Shown one piece after another: positions 17,835 to 27,411 of a stretch of DNA of 64,000 nt. The stretch spans positions 5,473-69,472 of the forward strand of contig JAGASE010000003.1 of the NCBI GenBank assembly GCA_017621875.1, given 5' to 3'. The position numbers were made by a program, and so were the translations under genes. The number at the start of each line of letters is the position of its first letter. Positions within the stretch are counted from its first letter, which is position 1. Source of the DNA: Clostridia bacterium (GTDB taxonomy: Bacteria > Bacillota > Clostridia > UBA1381). The notes below the pieces were generated by a model. The model did no database searches, was not told the origin of the DNA, and was given only the letters and a program-made list of their open reading frames with translations.

Positions 17835-19739
17835 ATGAAAAGAATTATCGCAATTTTGTGCATAGCGTCTCTTGCCTTGGGTATTACATCAACTGCCCTT
17901 GCCTATACGGCAGAAACTACGCCCAATTACTTTTTTGCGGGAGAACGCTACGGAATTTCAAACATTGATACAAACGGCGAAATTTTTGTCGGTATAAACC
18001 AAAACAAAATTGCGGTCAGCCGCGATTTTGAAAACTGGGAAGTGCTTCACGAACTGGATGACGTGACTGCTGTGCAGTATTTACAGGGAAGGTTTTGTGC
18101 CTTCACAAAGGGCTATACTTATGTATCGTCGGACGGAGCAACATGGAATAAGGTTGAAAATAACTTAACATTAATTCCTCAGAACGAGTACATTATAAAA
18201 AATAATGGCTCTGTCGTACTTTTTGCACGCGATGAAAATTACGCAAACGCCGGAACATACCAAACCTTTGACGGAATTACCTGGAAAAGAGTTCAAAATA
18301 TCCCCGACGGAATATGGATGAGCCATGTTAACGGTATGATTATGTTTGAATCTACAGGCTATATGAGGGGCTTTTACTATTCCGAAACCGGCGAGGAATT
18401 TACTCACCTTACAATAGACGGCTATGACGAATCTTACGGCGGATTTAATCTTGAATTTAACGGCAACGAATATACCGTCTGTGATTTTTGGAGAAGCGGC
18501 GATTCTGAGCCGGGCTATCTCTATCGATCCGCTGACCTAAAGGAATGGCCAACCGAACGCATACCGAGAAATGACACCGTAAATTTGAACAACCCTAACG
18601 GACACTATATAAATATCAACGGAGAATGGCATGCACTTTCACAAAACGGCTATGACTGGGTATATAAAGACGGTGGCTGGCAGCAGGGACAGTACCACGG
18701 CATGACGGGACTTATTGAATATAGCCCTGATGATAGTGTAATTCCCAATCAGGCTTATGTTTACTACAACTTTACCGATTACGGTATATTTGCATGGTCA
18801 ACCAACAACAATTCTGCATTTATCAAAAACAACGGCGAAATGCTACAATACAACGGTCAGGAACGCAATATAAGCAGCTTTTTTGTCAAAGACGGTAAAT
18901 TTATCGGTCAGAATTGGTCGCTCGAAGGTCAGTGGGAAAGCGAAAACGGCAAGGATTGGATAAAAACCAATACCAAAGACGACTACGGCTCATACCACCG
19001 CAGCGTAAAGTCCAACAACGGCAGCTCAGACCTTGAAAGTGAAATTATTGAACGCGGCAGTTGGCGATATCACGAGGACAACAAGGAAATCACCGCAGTT
19101 CTTACCGAAAATGGCGGAAGTACAAAGAAGATTTTCTACGAGGGTACAAAAAGCAGCGACTGCGTCACCGTTTTCGGCGGAAACGGCTACTATATCATGG
19201 GAAATGACGAGGGACGGTATTGGCTCTCACGCGACGGTATAACGAGGGACGAGTATATAGAATTTCCCGACAGTACGACAAACCTATATGCGAATGATAA
19301 ATACTTCTTCTGCAGCACACAAAGCGGAATCCTTCACATAGGTGAAATGTCGCAGTTTGAAGGCTTGCCGTCTGATAACGCTGTAAAGGTTAGGCTTGGC
19401 GATGAATACCTGAGCTTTGAGATATCTCCCGTTATCGACCGCAGCAGAACACTGGTTTCAGCACGCTTCCTGTTTGAGAAGATGGGTGCAAAAGTCGGTT
19501 GGAACGATGAGAAAAAAGCGGCTTATATACACTTTGGCGAAAATTTTGATAACTACATCGAGGTTGCAATCGGCAGTAATACGGCACTGGTAAACGGCGA
19601 GGAAAAGCCTCTTGACTGCCCTGCACAGCTTATAAATGAAAAAACCATGCTTCCTCTTAGATTTATCGCAGAGGAAATGGGCTACACTGTAAATTATGAT
19701 GCAAATACAAAAACGGCAGAAGTCACTGATGCAGATTGA
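17835..19739 (+). CDS. Secreted protein with Asp-box/BNR-like repeats and a C-terminal copper-amine-oxidase-N-like (stalk) domain
   Basis: It has a signal peptide. Repeated S.DG..W motifs are present (SSDGATWNKV, TFDGITWKRV, SENGKDW). The C-terminal ARFLFEKMGAKVGWNDEKKAAYI...MLPLRFIAEEMGYTVNYD is typical of the Cu-amine-oxidase N-terminal-like domain. The start is moved to ATG 17835, which has AAGGAG upstream. Confidence 0.65.
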   Translation: MKRIIAILCIASLALGITSTALAYTAETTPNYFFAGERYGISNIDTNGEIFVGINQNKIAVSRDFENWEVLHELDDVTAVQYLQGRFCAFTKGYTYVSSDGATWNKVENNLTLIPQNEYIIKNNGSVVLFARDENYANAGTYQTFDGITWKRVQNIPDGIWMSHVNGMIMFESTGYMRGFYYSETGEEFTHLTIDGYDESYGGFNLEFNGNEYTVCDFWRSGDSEPGYLYRSADLKEWPTERIPRNDTVNLNNPNGHYININGEWHALSQNGYDWVYKDGGWQQGQYHGMTGLIEYSPDDSVIPNQAYVYYNFTDYGIFAWSTNNNSAFIKNNGEMLQYNGQERNISSFFVKDGKFIGQNWSLEGQWESENGKDWIKTNTKDDYGSYHRSVKSNNGSSDLESEIIERGSWRYHEDNKEITAVLTENGGSTKKIFYEGTKSSDCVTVFGGNGYYIMGNDEGRYWLSRDGITRDEYIEFPDSTTNLYANDKYFFCSTQSGILHIGEMSQFEGLPSDNAVKVRLGDEYLSFEISPVIDRSRTLVSARFLFEKMGAKVGWNDEKKAAYIHFGENFDNYIEVAIGSNTALVNGEEKPLDCPAQLINEKTMLPLRFIAEEMGYTVNYDANTKTAEVTDAD

Positions 19740-19752
19740 GTTTGGATAAAGC

Positions 19753-19788
19753 AAAAGGATTATCCTCATTGTTGGGATAATCCTTTTT
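19753..19788. terminator. Bidirectional terminator between convergent genes
   Basis: AAAAGGATTATCC...GGATAATCCTTTTT. Confidence 0.7.
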
Positions 19789-19796
19789 ATTATACA

Positions 19797-22700
19797 TTAT
19801 TTATAAACGGGCATTTTGAGCACTTCCTGTTCACGCACGCCGCAAAGCCGCGGGAAGGAATAGCCGCGAATACTATTCTGCGTCCAGATTTCCTCGCCGT
19901 ATTTATCACTTCCCCAACCCAACAGTCCGCCTTCGGATATGGGCTTATAGTAAAAATCTGTATTTTTCAGCACCGACAGGCTCTTTACAGTACCGTTATT
20001 AACGCTGCTCAGAATATACTTTGAATTTATCAGAGTTTTGTCGCAGCTGTAATTATCGCTTACCTCGCTAAGCTCATATTCACCGACAATAGCACCGATA
20101 GAGCCAAGACCGTTTATTGCCGAATTAAGCGAAACGTTCTGCATCACAAAGCCATTCTCGGCATATCCGCAGATTCCGCCGACGGCAAGCTCACCAACAG
20201 TAACCACATTCCCCGATGAATACGTATTCTGCACATTTGAAGCAGAATTACATCCAACGATACCGCCTGCGTAGCCTCCTTCAGCTGACACGTAAATATC
20301 GGTATTTGAAAAGCAGTTATACACGGTAGCCTCCTGAACAAGACCACAGATTCCGCCGATATACACATTATCTGCATCGTCCGAAACAATCCTTCCCGCC
20401 GATGCACATTTGTAAACTCCTGCCGCCTCATTTATTCCGCAGATTCCACCGACATAGCCCGACGCAAGTCCGCCCAAAATTTCCGCCCCGGAAAAGCACT
20501 CAAAAATATCTCCGCCGGCATTATAGCCGCAAATTCCGCCCGCCACCGCATTCTCGCCGCTTAAGGTTATCACTCCGCGGTACACCGAATCGGTAATTCT
20601 TCCGCCGTTTTCGGCACAAATTCCGCCGACAGTAATGTTGTTATTGTTGATGTTTATATCAATCACCACGTCACAGCCGTCGATTTCGCCATGATTTTCG
20701 CCCGCAATACCGCCCACGTATCCGCTCTTTTTTGTATCAATTTTTCCGTATATTTTACAGTTTATTATATATCCGTAATTGCACGCAGTAAGTATTGCAC
20801 CGCTTGTTCCCAAAGACGCTTTTACATCTCTTAGCGTTAAATTCCTTACCGTACCGCCGGTAATGTTGGAAAACATTCCTGCCTCGCTCTTTAAATTGAG
20901 GCTATAAATGGTGTGACCGTCTCCGTCCAGGCTGCCCGAAAAGCCGTTTTTCGCACAAATAGTCTTCCATGGCAAGTCAATCGTTATATCCTTTGTCAGA
21001 ATATAGTGCCCCGCCTCATTTTCATCTATCGCACGAAGCTCTGCCGCACTTGTTACAGCCTTAGGGAAATACATTGTTTTTCCTGCCAAAAGCTGCGGCT
21101 CGGACACATTTTTCGGACAAATCAGCCTAAAGCCGCCTTTAACCGCAGTCCACGCACCTTGAGCGAAGCCGATTCCCTCATAAAAGCTCATAGTGCACAG
21201 CTCTTGCCACGATACGTCATAGCCGTTCTGTGAAAACCGTCCGGGCTCCTCATATGACGCATTTGAATTGACGTCCTCATAGCAGTAGTTATTTTTCGTT
21301 ATTCCGCTTTTCTTATTTGTAGTAAGCCTTCCGCTGTTTTTTGTCAGCGTATCGTAAACCGTCATGCACGCAGAAACGCAGGTATCAATACGTCCGTTGT
21401 CGTTAGTGCCGCAGATTCCTCCGGCATACATATCTGCCGCCACAACCTCAACCGCGGCAATGCAGTTTTCTACCGTCCCAAAATTCTGTCCTGCAATTCC
21501 GCCGGCAAACGAGCCTGCAACAACAGAATACACAGCAGACAGACAATTCCTTATTGTTCCGCTGTTTGTTCCGCAAATTCCGCCTGCGTTATCGGTATTT
21601 GCCGAAACACTTCCGGTCACGCTGCAGTTAAGTATACTTCCGCCCTCGTTTTTACCTGCAATAATTCCTGCATTCTTTTTTGTATTAATGACGGCGTCAA
21701 CCGCCAGATTTTTAACCGTTCCGCCTGTTATCTTTTTAAAAAGGCCGACAGCCTCTGCGTTTTTATCAATCGTTATTCCGCTTATTCTGTATCCGTTTCC
21801 GTCAAAAGTACCTGAAAAATCCTCAACTCCGTTCCAGCTTCCGCTCACCTCTATATCCGAGCCGAGCCGATAGCACTTATCAGGTCTTGCCGAAACCTGT
21901 GCAAGCTGCTGCTCTGTATATATCACATACGGCATATCCTCACTGCCGTCACCTGCGGCAATCGCAAACGGCTGCACATTTTTTATAACCGCAGTACCGC
22001 CGGAAATACCGTCAGCTGTTACCGCTTTCAAATACACATCATAGGTTACATTTGAGTTCGCACCAATGCTTACACTTACCGCCGCCTTCGGGTTGGTAAT
22101 CTCGCAAAGCTTGGTATCTGCATTGTAGTACGGGGCTCCTGCCTCCGCAAGTCCGTAGTAGATGGTACATGGCTTATTCGTTCTAACCTCGATGGATATG
22201 TGATTAAAAACTCCCTCCGATGCCAACCGCGGATATTTTGTTAAAAAACGCACCTTAGCCGTACTCTGTATATCATAGTCATACATCAGCTTTACAAGCT
22301 CGCCCTTTGTCACGAACTCCTGCGGAGCTTTTTCGTTTTGAGTGTCCAGCAGATTATTTTCAAGTGCATATGCGTAGTACCCGACCGCATACTCCGAAAC
22401 GCCCTCGGTTTCGGCACGATTTTCACTTTCTGCAGCAAACCACCGTCCGAGAATTGTTATGGCGTCCTGACGGCTTATCAAATCCTGCGGCTTTGCTCTT
22501 CCGTATTCATCGCCCACAATCAGCCCGTGATAATTTGCCGCGGAAAGTGCGTCCGCATACCAATCCCCGTCCCTCACATCGGAAAAAACGTTCATTCCTC
22601 CGTCTATATTCAAAAACCTCGTCAGCATAACCGCAAATTCTGCACGCGTGGCAGCTTTGTCGGCATGAAAATTACCGCTTTCATCACCCGAAATCACGCC

Positions 22701-22802
22701 GTCGGAAAACGCAGTCGCAATATACTCCGACATTGAATATTCTGCCGAAGCCTTCGGGATAAAAGCCGCAAAAAGCAGCAATAAAATCAAAACTTTTTTC
22801 AC
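19797..22802 (-). CDS. Large cell-surface protein: signal peptide, SLH-like N-terminal region, many GLUG-motif repeats
   Basis: The signal peptide is MKKVLILLLLFAAFIPKASA. SLH-like segments are present (FSDV.DGDWY, ATRAEFAVMLTRFL). About 20 GG(I/L)(A/C/V)G motifs occur (GGICG, GGIAG, GGIVG), as in the GLUG repeat family. Confidence 0.7.
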   Translation of the reverse strand: MKKVLILLLLFAAFIPKASAEYSMSEYIATAFSDGVISGDESGNFHADKAATRAEFAVMLTRFLNIDGGMNVFSDVRDGDWYADALSAANYHGLIVGDEYGRAKPQDLISRQDAITILGRWFAAESENRAETEGVSEYAVGYYAYALENNLLDTQNEKAPQEFVTKGELVKLMYDYDIQSTAKVRFLTKYPRLASEGVFNHISIEVRTNKPCTIYYGLAEAGAPYYNADTKLCEITNPKAAVSVSIGANSNVTYDVYLKAVTADGISGGTAVIKNVQPFAIAAGDGSEDMPYVIYTEQQLAQVSARPDKCYRLGSDIEVSGSWNGVEDFSGTFDGNGYRISGITIDKNAEAVGLFKKITGGTVKNLAVDAVINTKKNAGIIAGKNEGGSILNCSVTGSVSANTDNAGGICGTNSGTIRNCLSAVYSVVAGSFAGGIAGQNFGTVENCIAAVEVVAADMYAGGICGTNDNGRIDTCVSACMTVYDTLTKNSGRLTTNKKSGITKNNYCYEDVNSNASYEEPGRFSQNGYDVSWQELCTMSFYEGIGFAQGAWTAVKGGFRLICPKNVSEPQLLAGKTMYFPKAVTSAAELRAIDENEAGHYILTKDITIDLPWKTICAKNGFSGSLDGDGHTIYSLNLKSEAGMFSNITGGTVRNLTLRDVKASLGTSGAILTACNYGYIINCKIYGKIDTKKSGYVGGIAGENHGEIDGCDVVIDININNNNITVGGICAENGGRITDSVYRGVITLSGENAVAGGICGYNAGGDIFECFSGAEILGGLASGYVGGICGINEAAGVYKCASAGRIVSDDADNVYIGGICGLVQEATVYNCFSNTDIYVSAEGGYAGGIVGCNSASNVQNTYSSGNVVTVGELAVGGICGYAENGFVMQNVSLNSAINGLGSIGAIVGEYELSEVSDNYSCDKTLINSKYILSSVNNGTVKSLSVLKNTDFYYKPISEGGLLGWGSDKYGEEIWTQNSIRGYSFPRLCGVREQEVLKMPVYK

Positions 22803-22813
22803 ATTTGCACCTC

Positions 22814-24232
22814 CTACATAATAGGTGAAAATAATCTGAAAAAACCTTCCTTAATCATTTTTATAATTCCGCGTTTTTTATACGCCTCTATAGTCAGCTC
22901 ATTGCACACCGACTGATCTTTTTCAAAAATTCTACGACATTCGATTGCTTTTTTGTCGCTGTACATAAACGCATTCAGTTCAAACAGCAGACGGAAGCTG
23001 CGGATATCAATATTAGTGCTTCCTATAGTACATATGTGGTCATCTACAGTCATGGTTTTGGAATGTATAAAGCCGGGATACAGATATACCTTAACACCTG
23101 CCTCCAAAAGCTCGCCCATATATGACATTGTCGTGTTGTAAACATATTTTTTATCAGGGATTCCCGGAATCATCACACGCACGTCCACGCCTGACTTTGC
23201 CGCAGAGGAAACCGCCGTCAAAAACGCATCATCAGGAACAAAGTACGGGGTTTGTATATAGGCATACTGTTTTGCACCATAAAGCATTCTTATCATACCG
23301 CACTTAATTTCTTCACTCTCAGAGTCAGGACCCGATGCGACAATCTGCATAGCGGTATCTCCTGCCGCAGCCGCATCTCCGCCTGTCTTTACCGGGATTT
23401 TCTTACCTGTGGAAAATTCCCAGTCCATCGCAAAGCATCGCTGTACGTATTCCACAGCATCGCCCTCAAAGCGGATATGCGTATCTCGCCAGGGCAAATT
23501 CTTTTTATTTCTTCCCATGTATTCATCGCCGATATTCATGCCGCCGAGATATGCGATTTTATCGTCCACCACAACAATTTTGCGGTGGTTTCTGTGATTT
23601 ATTTTAGACATTGAGAAAATCCGCACCGGGAAAAATTCCTCAACCTCGCTCGACTCCACTGCACGAAGTCTGTTAAAAAGCCTCCGCGGCGTCAATATTG
23701 AGCCGAAGCCGTCATACATAAGGCGGACCTTGACTCCCTCTCTTGCCTTTTCGCACAAAAGGTCGATAAGGCGGTTTCCGATGTTGTCGTTTCTTATTAT
23801 AAAATACAGGATATTTATGCTTTCCTTTGCATTTTTGATGTCCTCTAAAAGAGCGTCATACTTTTTTTCCGCATCGGCGAAAATTTCTACCGAGTTATTT
23901 GCACAGTAAACACAATTATAGTTAAGGAAATATTTTATCATTCCCGAATGAGGCAGCTCTTCACCGCGTTGCTCGCGAATCAGCTCCTTTTGCTTTTTAA
24001 GGATAGATTTCTCGTTCATTTCCAATTTTTCCATATATTTTCGCCTTGTATACGCCTTTATACCCACGCCGAAAATCAGAAACAAAATTCCGCCAACCGT
24101 AGGCACTAAAATGAGAAATAAAATCCACGCCATAGAGGAAATCGGATTTCGTCTTTGAAAACATACGATTGTTATTATTATGATAATATTAAGCAGATAC
24201 GATATCCAAATAAGATTTGTCAAGGCTTCCAT
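22814..24232 (-). CDS. cls: Cardiolipin synthase (PLD superfamily)
   Basis: It has two N-terminal TM segments and two HKD motifs (HRKIVVVDD and HSKTMTVDD). Confidence 0.9.
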   Translation of the reverse strand: MEALTNLIWISYLLNIIIIITIVCFQRRNPISSMAWILFLILVPTVGGILFLIFGVGIKAYTRRKYMEKLEMNEKSILKKQKELIREQRGEELPHSGMIKYFLNYNCVYCANNSVEIFADAEKKYDALLEDIKNAKESINILYFIIRNDNIGNRLIDLLCEKAREGVKVRLMYDGFGSILTPRRLFNRLRAVESSEVEEFFPVRIFSMSKINHRNHRKIVVVDDKIAYLGGMNIGDEYMGRNKKNLPWRDTHIRFEGDAVEYVQRCFAMDWEFSTGKKIPVKTGGDAAAAGDTAMQIVASGPDSESEEIKCGMIRMLYGAKQYAYIQTPYFVPDDAFLTAVSSAAKSGVDVRVMIPGIPDKKYVYNTTMSYMGELLEAGVKVYLYPGFIHSKTMTVDDHICTIGSTNIDIRSFRLLFELNAFMYSDKKAIECRRIFEKDQSVCNELTIEAYKKRGIIKMIKEGFFRLFSPIM

Positions 24233-24261
24233 CGCTCTTCGACCTCCCTAAAATAGCGATT

Positions 24262-24690
24262 TTATTTTCTCCTGAATTTGTACGAAACTCCCGCAACAGC
24301 CGTTCCGACTATAGTTCCGATAAAATCTATAAACACGTCCTGTATCATGCCTGCCCGCCCATACGAGAAAAGCTGGATATACTCGTCAATGCACGCAGTA
24401 AGCAGTCCGAAAAACAGTATGTAAATTATTCGGCGGTTATACGGCATTTCAAAGCAGTTCGCAAGGAGAATCCCATGAAGTGTAAATTCGGCAATATGTG
24501 CCGTTTTACGCACTATCAGTATTACAAGCTCCCTATCCGGGGCTTGTCCGAGCAGCCCGAAAATCCACAGGATTCTGTCCGCAATGCCTCCACTGTTTTG
24601 CGAGGATATCTCGGCAGTCTGCATTGAATTGCTGAATATAAATAATGTTGCTATCACCGTAGCAACAATAAACGGTAAACGTCTTTTCAC
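24262..24690 (-). CDS. VanZ-family membrane protein
   Basis: It has 4 TM segments. RKTAHIAEF and DEYIQLF...D...D..G are VanZ-like signatures. Confidence 0.7.
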   Translation of the reverse strand: MKRRLPFIVATVIATLFIFSNSMQTAEISSQNSGGIADRILWIFGLLGQAPDRELVILIVRKTAHIAEFTLHGILLANCFEMPYNRRIIYILFFGLLTACIDEYIQLFSYGRAGMIQDVFIDFIGTIVGTAVAGVSYKFRRK

Positions 24691-24864
24691 AATCTTTTCT
24701 TCCTTATTATTAGTATATATAAGTTTATTATATCACAAATTTGCGATTTGGGAATAGCTTTTGCGGTTTTTTAGTAAAAATTTATTATTTTGCAGCAAAA
24801 AAGAGGCTGAAGAAGGGTCAGCCTCTGTGAGTTATAGAAGTGGCATCGCAGACAATACCAAAGA

Positions 24865-25053
24865 TTACAACCTGTTTTTTATTCTGCTCACTATTTTATT
24901 ATATTCTCCCAAATAATACTGATAGATAGGACATTCGTCCGTATTACAGCTGCTGCAAAATTTTTCGTGCATTTCATCGGTTATTGACTTTCCGCCCAAT
25001 TCGCAATAATAACCGCTTTCTGTCTTCGAGCAAGAGCTACATTTTTCAGCCAT
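24865..25053 (-). CDS. Small Cys-rich (zinc-ribbon-like) hypothetical protein
   Basis: The 62 aa product has CSSC...C and CSSCNTDEC pairs, GGAGG upstream and its own terminator at about 24801-24835. It is divergent from an XRE gene. Confidence 0.5.
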   Translation of the reverse strand: MAEKCSSCSKTESGYYCELGGKSITDEMHEKFCSSCNTDECPIYQYYLGEYNKIVSRIKNRL

Positions 25054-25179
25054 ATTACAGCCTCCTTTTTAATATATCTTCATTTTAACACAAATAATAG
25101 CGTATGTCAATAATTTTATACAAGCATTGATATTTTTAATTCGATAATTGTATATTATAGTTAACATAAGGTGATAGTT

Positions 25180-25476
25180 ATGTATAAACTCAGTGAAAGA
25201 TTAAAAGAGCTTAGAAAACGTAATAACATTAGTCAAAATGCACTTGCAAAACAAATGAATTTGACAAGAGCAACCATAAATGCATGGGAAATGGGGATAA
25301 ATTATCCCACCGCTCAATCTCTTATTATGCTTGCAGATTTTTTCAACGTAACTTCTGACTATATTTTGGGCTTGGATTCTGTTGAAACAATAAACATCAG
25401 CAAACTAAATGACGCAGAAAAGAAAATGATTTGTGACATGGTTAAATATTTAGGTGATATAAAATCGGATATGTAA
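25180..25476 (+). CDS. XRE-family HTH transcriptional regulator
   Basis: LKELRKRNNISQNALAKQMNLTRATINAWEMG is a classic HTH_3 motif. The start is placed at ATG 25180, which has AAGGTGA upstream. Confidence 0.8.
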   Translation: MYKLSERLKELRKRNNISQNALAKQMNLTRATINAWEMGINYPTAQSLIMLADFFNVTSDYILGLDSVETINISKLNDAEKKMICDMVKYLGDIKSDM

Positions 25477-25553
25477 AACGTGCGACCAATTTCTGTCGCC
25501 TGCTTGTATTTCCGACTCTTGACAAATCGCCCAATATGCTATATAATAAAAAT

Positions 25554-25638
25554 ACAAAAGGCAAGACCTCAAACGGTTATGCCAAAAGAATGTATTTATA
25601 AAAATAACGCTTCATTTGACCGTGGGCGTTATTTTTTT
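25554..25638 (+). ncRNA. Candidate antisense sRNA (antitoxin-like), copy 1
   Basis: A perfect TTGACA (25519-25524), 17 nt spacer and TATAAT (25542-25547) are present. The hairpin AATAACGC/GCGTTATT (25603-25633) plus U5 follows about 85 nt downstream. It is convergent with, and overlaps the 3' end of, the 22-codon ORF. It is homologous to the minus-strand unit at 33819-33906. Confidence 0.5.
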
Positions 25639-25697
25639 ATGGAAATTACTAAAAGTAACAGAATTATCATAAATGATATTATGTATTCATTATCCAT
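25629..25697 (-). CDS. 22-aa hydrophobic peptide MDNEYIISFMIILLLLVISIKK (type I toxin-like), copy 1
   Basis: Too short for the ORF track. A GGGGGTGA RBS lies 5 nt before the ATG at 25697. It has a single TM-like core and a KK tail. It is a paralogue of the ORF at 33760-33828, with 17 of 22 residues identical by eye. Confidence 0.5.
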   Translation of the reverse strand: MDNEYIISFMIILLLLVISIKK

Positions 25698-25773
25698 AGC
25701 TATCACCCCCTTTGCAAGAGATGATGGCATAACCGCCCAGCTTTTACGCTTGTTTTGGTCTTACCCGATAAAT

Positions 25774-25802
25774 ATTATACCCCAATTCTACAATTTTTGC
25801 AA
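25774..25802 (-). promoter_or_regulatory. Sigma-70 promoter for the small-peptide mRNA, copy 1
   Basis: On the minus strand: TTGCAA (25802-25797), a 17 nt spacer, then TATAAT (25779-25774). This gives a 5' UTR of about 70 nt. Confidence 0.5.
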
Positions 25803-26028
25803 TATGACATTCTTCAATTTATCCATTTGCAGTTTTCTATATAATAAATTTATAATTTATCAATATATTTACCCCGATTTTTATGCAAAATTTGCAAAAA
25901 ATGAAAAAAACGTCAAAAAAATAACGTAATAGGCTTGTATATTTTGCATTTTTGGTGTAAAATATAGTAAGATAAGCAAGGAATGGTTTTTTCTTGTTTA
26001 AAATATTATGTATTGGAGGACTTTTAAC

Positions 26029-27060
26029 ATGGCAGTTAAAGTTGCAATTAACGGTTTTGGACGTATCGGCCGTCTGGCATTCCGTCAGATGTTCGGTGCA
26101 GAGGGATATGAAATTGTTGCTATCAACGATTTGACAGATCCAAAAATGTTGGCTAACCTTCTTAAGTATGACACAGCTCAGGGCGGTTACTGCGGAAGAC
26201 TTGGCGAAGGCTTACACACAGTTGAAGCAGGCGAAGGCTCAATCACAGTTGACGGTAAAAAAATCACAATCTACGCTGAAAAGGACGCTAAGGATCTTCC
26301 TTGGGGCGAACTGGGTGTAGACGTTGTTTTAGAGTGTACAGGTTTCTACTGCTCAAAGGCTAAATCACAGGCTCACATCGATGCAGGTGCTAAGAAGGTT
26401 GTTATTTCCGCTCCTGCTGGCAATGACCTCCCAACAGTTGTTTACAGCGTAAACGAAGGTACATTAACAGCTGATGATACTATCATTTCAGCAGCTTCCT
26501 GTACTACAAACTGCTTGGCTCCTATGGCTAAGGCTCTTAACGATTACGCTCCTATCCAGTCAGGTATCATGTCAACAATCCACGCTTACACAGGCGACCA
26601 GATGATTCTTGACGGTCCGCACAGAAAGGGTGACCTTCGTCGTGCAAGAGCAGGTGCTGCTAACATCGTTCCTAACTCAACAGGTGCTGCAAAGGCTATC
26701 GGTCTTGTAATTCCTGAGCTGAATGGTAAGCTTATCGGTTCTGCACAGAGAGTTCCTGTTCCTACAGGTTCAACAACTATCCTTACAGCTGTTGTTAAGG
26801 GTACAGACGTTACTGTTGACGGCATCAACGCTGCTATGAAGGCAGCCGCTTCTGAAAGTTTCGGCTACAATGAGGATCAGATCGTTTCTTCAGACGTTAT
26901 CGGCATGAGATACGGCTCACTCTTCGATGCTACTCAGACAATGGTATCTAAGGTTGCTGATGACCTCTATGAGGTACAGGTTGTTTCTTGGTATGATAAC
27001 GAAAATTCATACACAAGCCAGATGGTTAGAACAATTAAGTACTTCGCTGAACTTAACTAA
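26029..27060 (+). CDS. gap: Type I glyceraldehyde-3-phosphate dehydrogenase
   Basis: It has [15 protein letters not shown] and the active site SCTTNCLAP. The start is placed at ATG 26029, which has GGAGGA upstream. Confidence 0.95.
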   Translation: MAVKVAINGFGRIGRLAFRQMFGAEGYEIVAINDLTDPKMLANLLKYDTAQGGYCGRLGEGLHTVEAGEGSITVDGKKITIYAEKDAKDLPWGELGVDVVLECTGFYCSKAKSQAHIDAGAKKVVISAPAGNDLPTVVYSVNEGTLTADDTIISAASCTTNCLAPMAKALNDYAPIQSGIMSTIHAYTGDQMILDGPHRKGDLRRARAGAANIVPNSTGAAKAIGLVIPELNGKLIGSAQRVPVPTGSTTILTAVVKGTDVTVDGINAAMKAAASESFGYNEDQIVSSDVIGMRYGSLFDATQTMVSKVADDLYEVQVVSWYDNENSYTSQMVRTIKYFAELN

Positions 27061-27074
27061 TTACAGCATTTTAA

Positions 27075-27100
27075 AAGAACCGGTTCGCCGGTTCTTTTTT
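27075..27100 (+). terminator. gap terminator
   Basis: GAACCGG-TTCG-CCGGTTC followed by TTTTTT. Confidence 0.8.
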
Positions 27101-27196
27101 ATTATGCAGGAAATTGCGTACAGCAATGACGGAATAACAAAACTGCTACCTTATTCCTACGCCCGCAGGCGGGGCTTTTATCAAAAGCTTTTTTAT
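27101..27196 (+). repeat. About 96 bp intergenic repeat element, copy A (second copy at 50230-50325)
   Basis: ATTATGCAGGAAA...AGCAATGACGGAATAACAAAA.TGCTACC....TCCTACGCCCGCAGGCGGGGCTT.TATCA.AAGCTTTTTTAT. Roughly nine positions in ten are shared with the copy at 50230-50325, which has the same orientation. Both copies begin immediately after a terminator T-run. Confidence 0.8.
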
Positions 27197-27204
27197 ACAT
27201 TATT

Positions 27205-27366
27205 TTATTGAGGTAATTCCTTTTCTTGTTTTTTCTTTAAATGAATTTTTAAAACCATATTTATATATTGAGAAAAAGAGCGTTCGGAATTTTCAGCCAA
27301 GTCCTTTATTTCGTTAATAACATTTTCATCTAACGTAATACTAACCTTTTGCTTTAGCGGTCTCAT
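27205..27366 (-). CDS. Ribbon-helix-helix (CopG/Arc/MetJ-like) DNA-binding protein, 53 aa
   Basis: Below the ORF-track cutoff. AGGTGA lies 6 nt before the ATG at 27366. In MRPLKQKVSITLDENVINEIKDLAENSERSFSQYINMVLKIHLKKKQEKELPQ, the KVSITLDE beta-strand plus the two-helix pattern is typical RHH. Confidence 0.6.
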   Translation of the reverse strand: MRPLKQKVSITLDENVINEIKDLAENSERSFSQYINMVLKIHLKKKQEKELPQ

Positions 27367-27411
27367 TTTTATCACCTCTGTCACTATAATACTACAAAAT
27401 AAAACAAAATA

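Noticed and set aside
19797-22802. Possible nucleotide-level tandem repeat or contingency locus in the GLUG-repeat gene.
   Set aside because: The repetition is at the level of short peptide motifs (GGICG and similar) with divergent codons and variable spacing. No exact DNA tandem repeats or homopolymer tracts were seen.
25480-25929. 149-aa plus-strand ORF from the ORF track.
   Set aside because: It has no RBS and an alternative start, and its low-complexity AT-rich translation runs through two promoters and a terminator. The region is better explained by the small-ORF/antisense cassette and the gap promoter.
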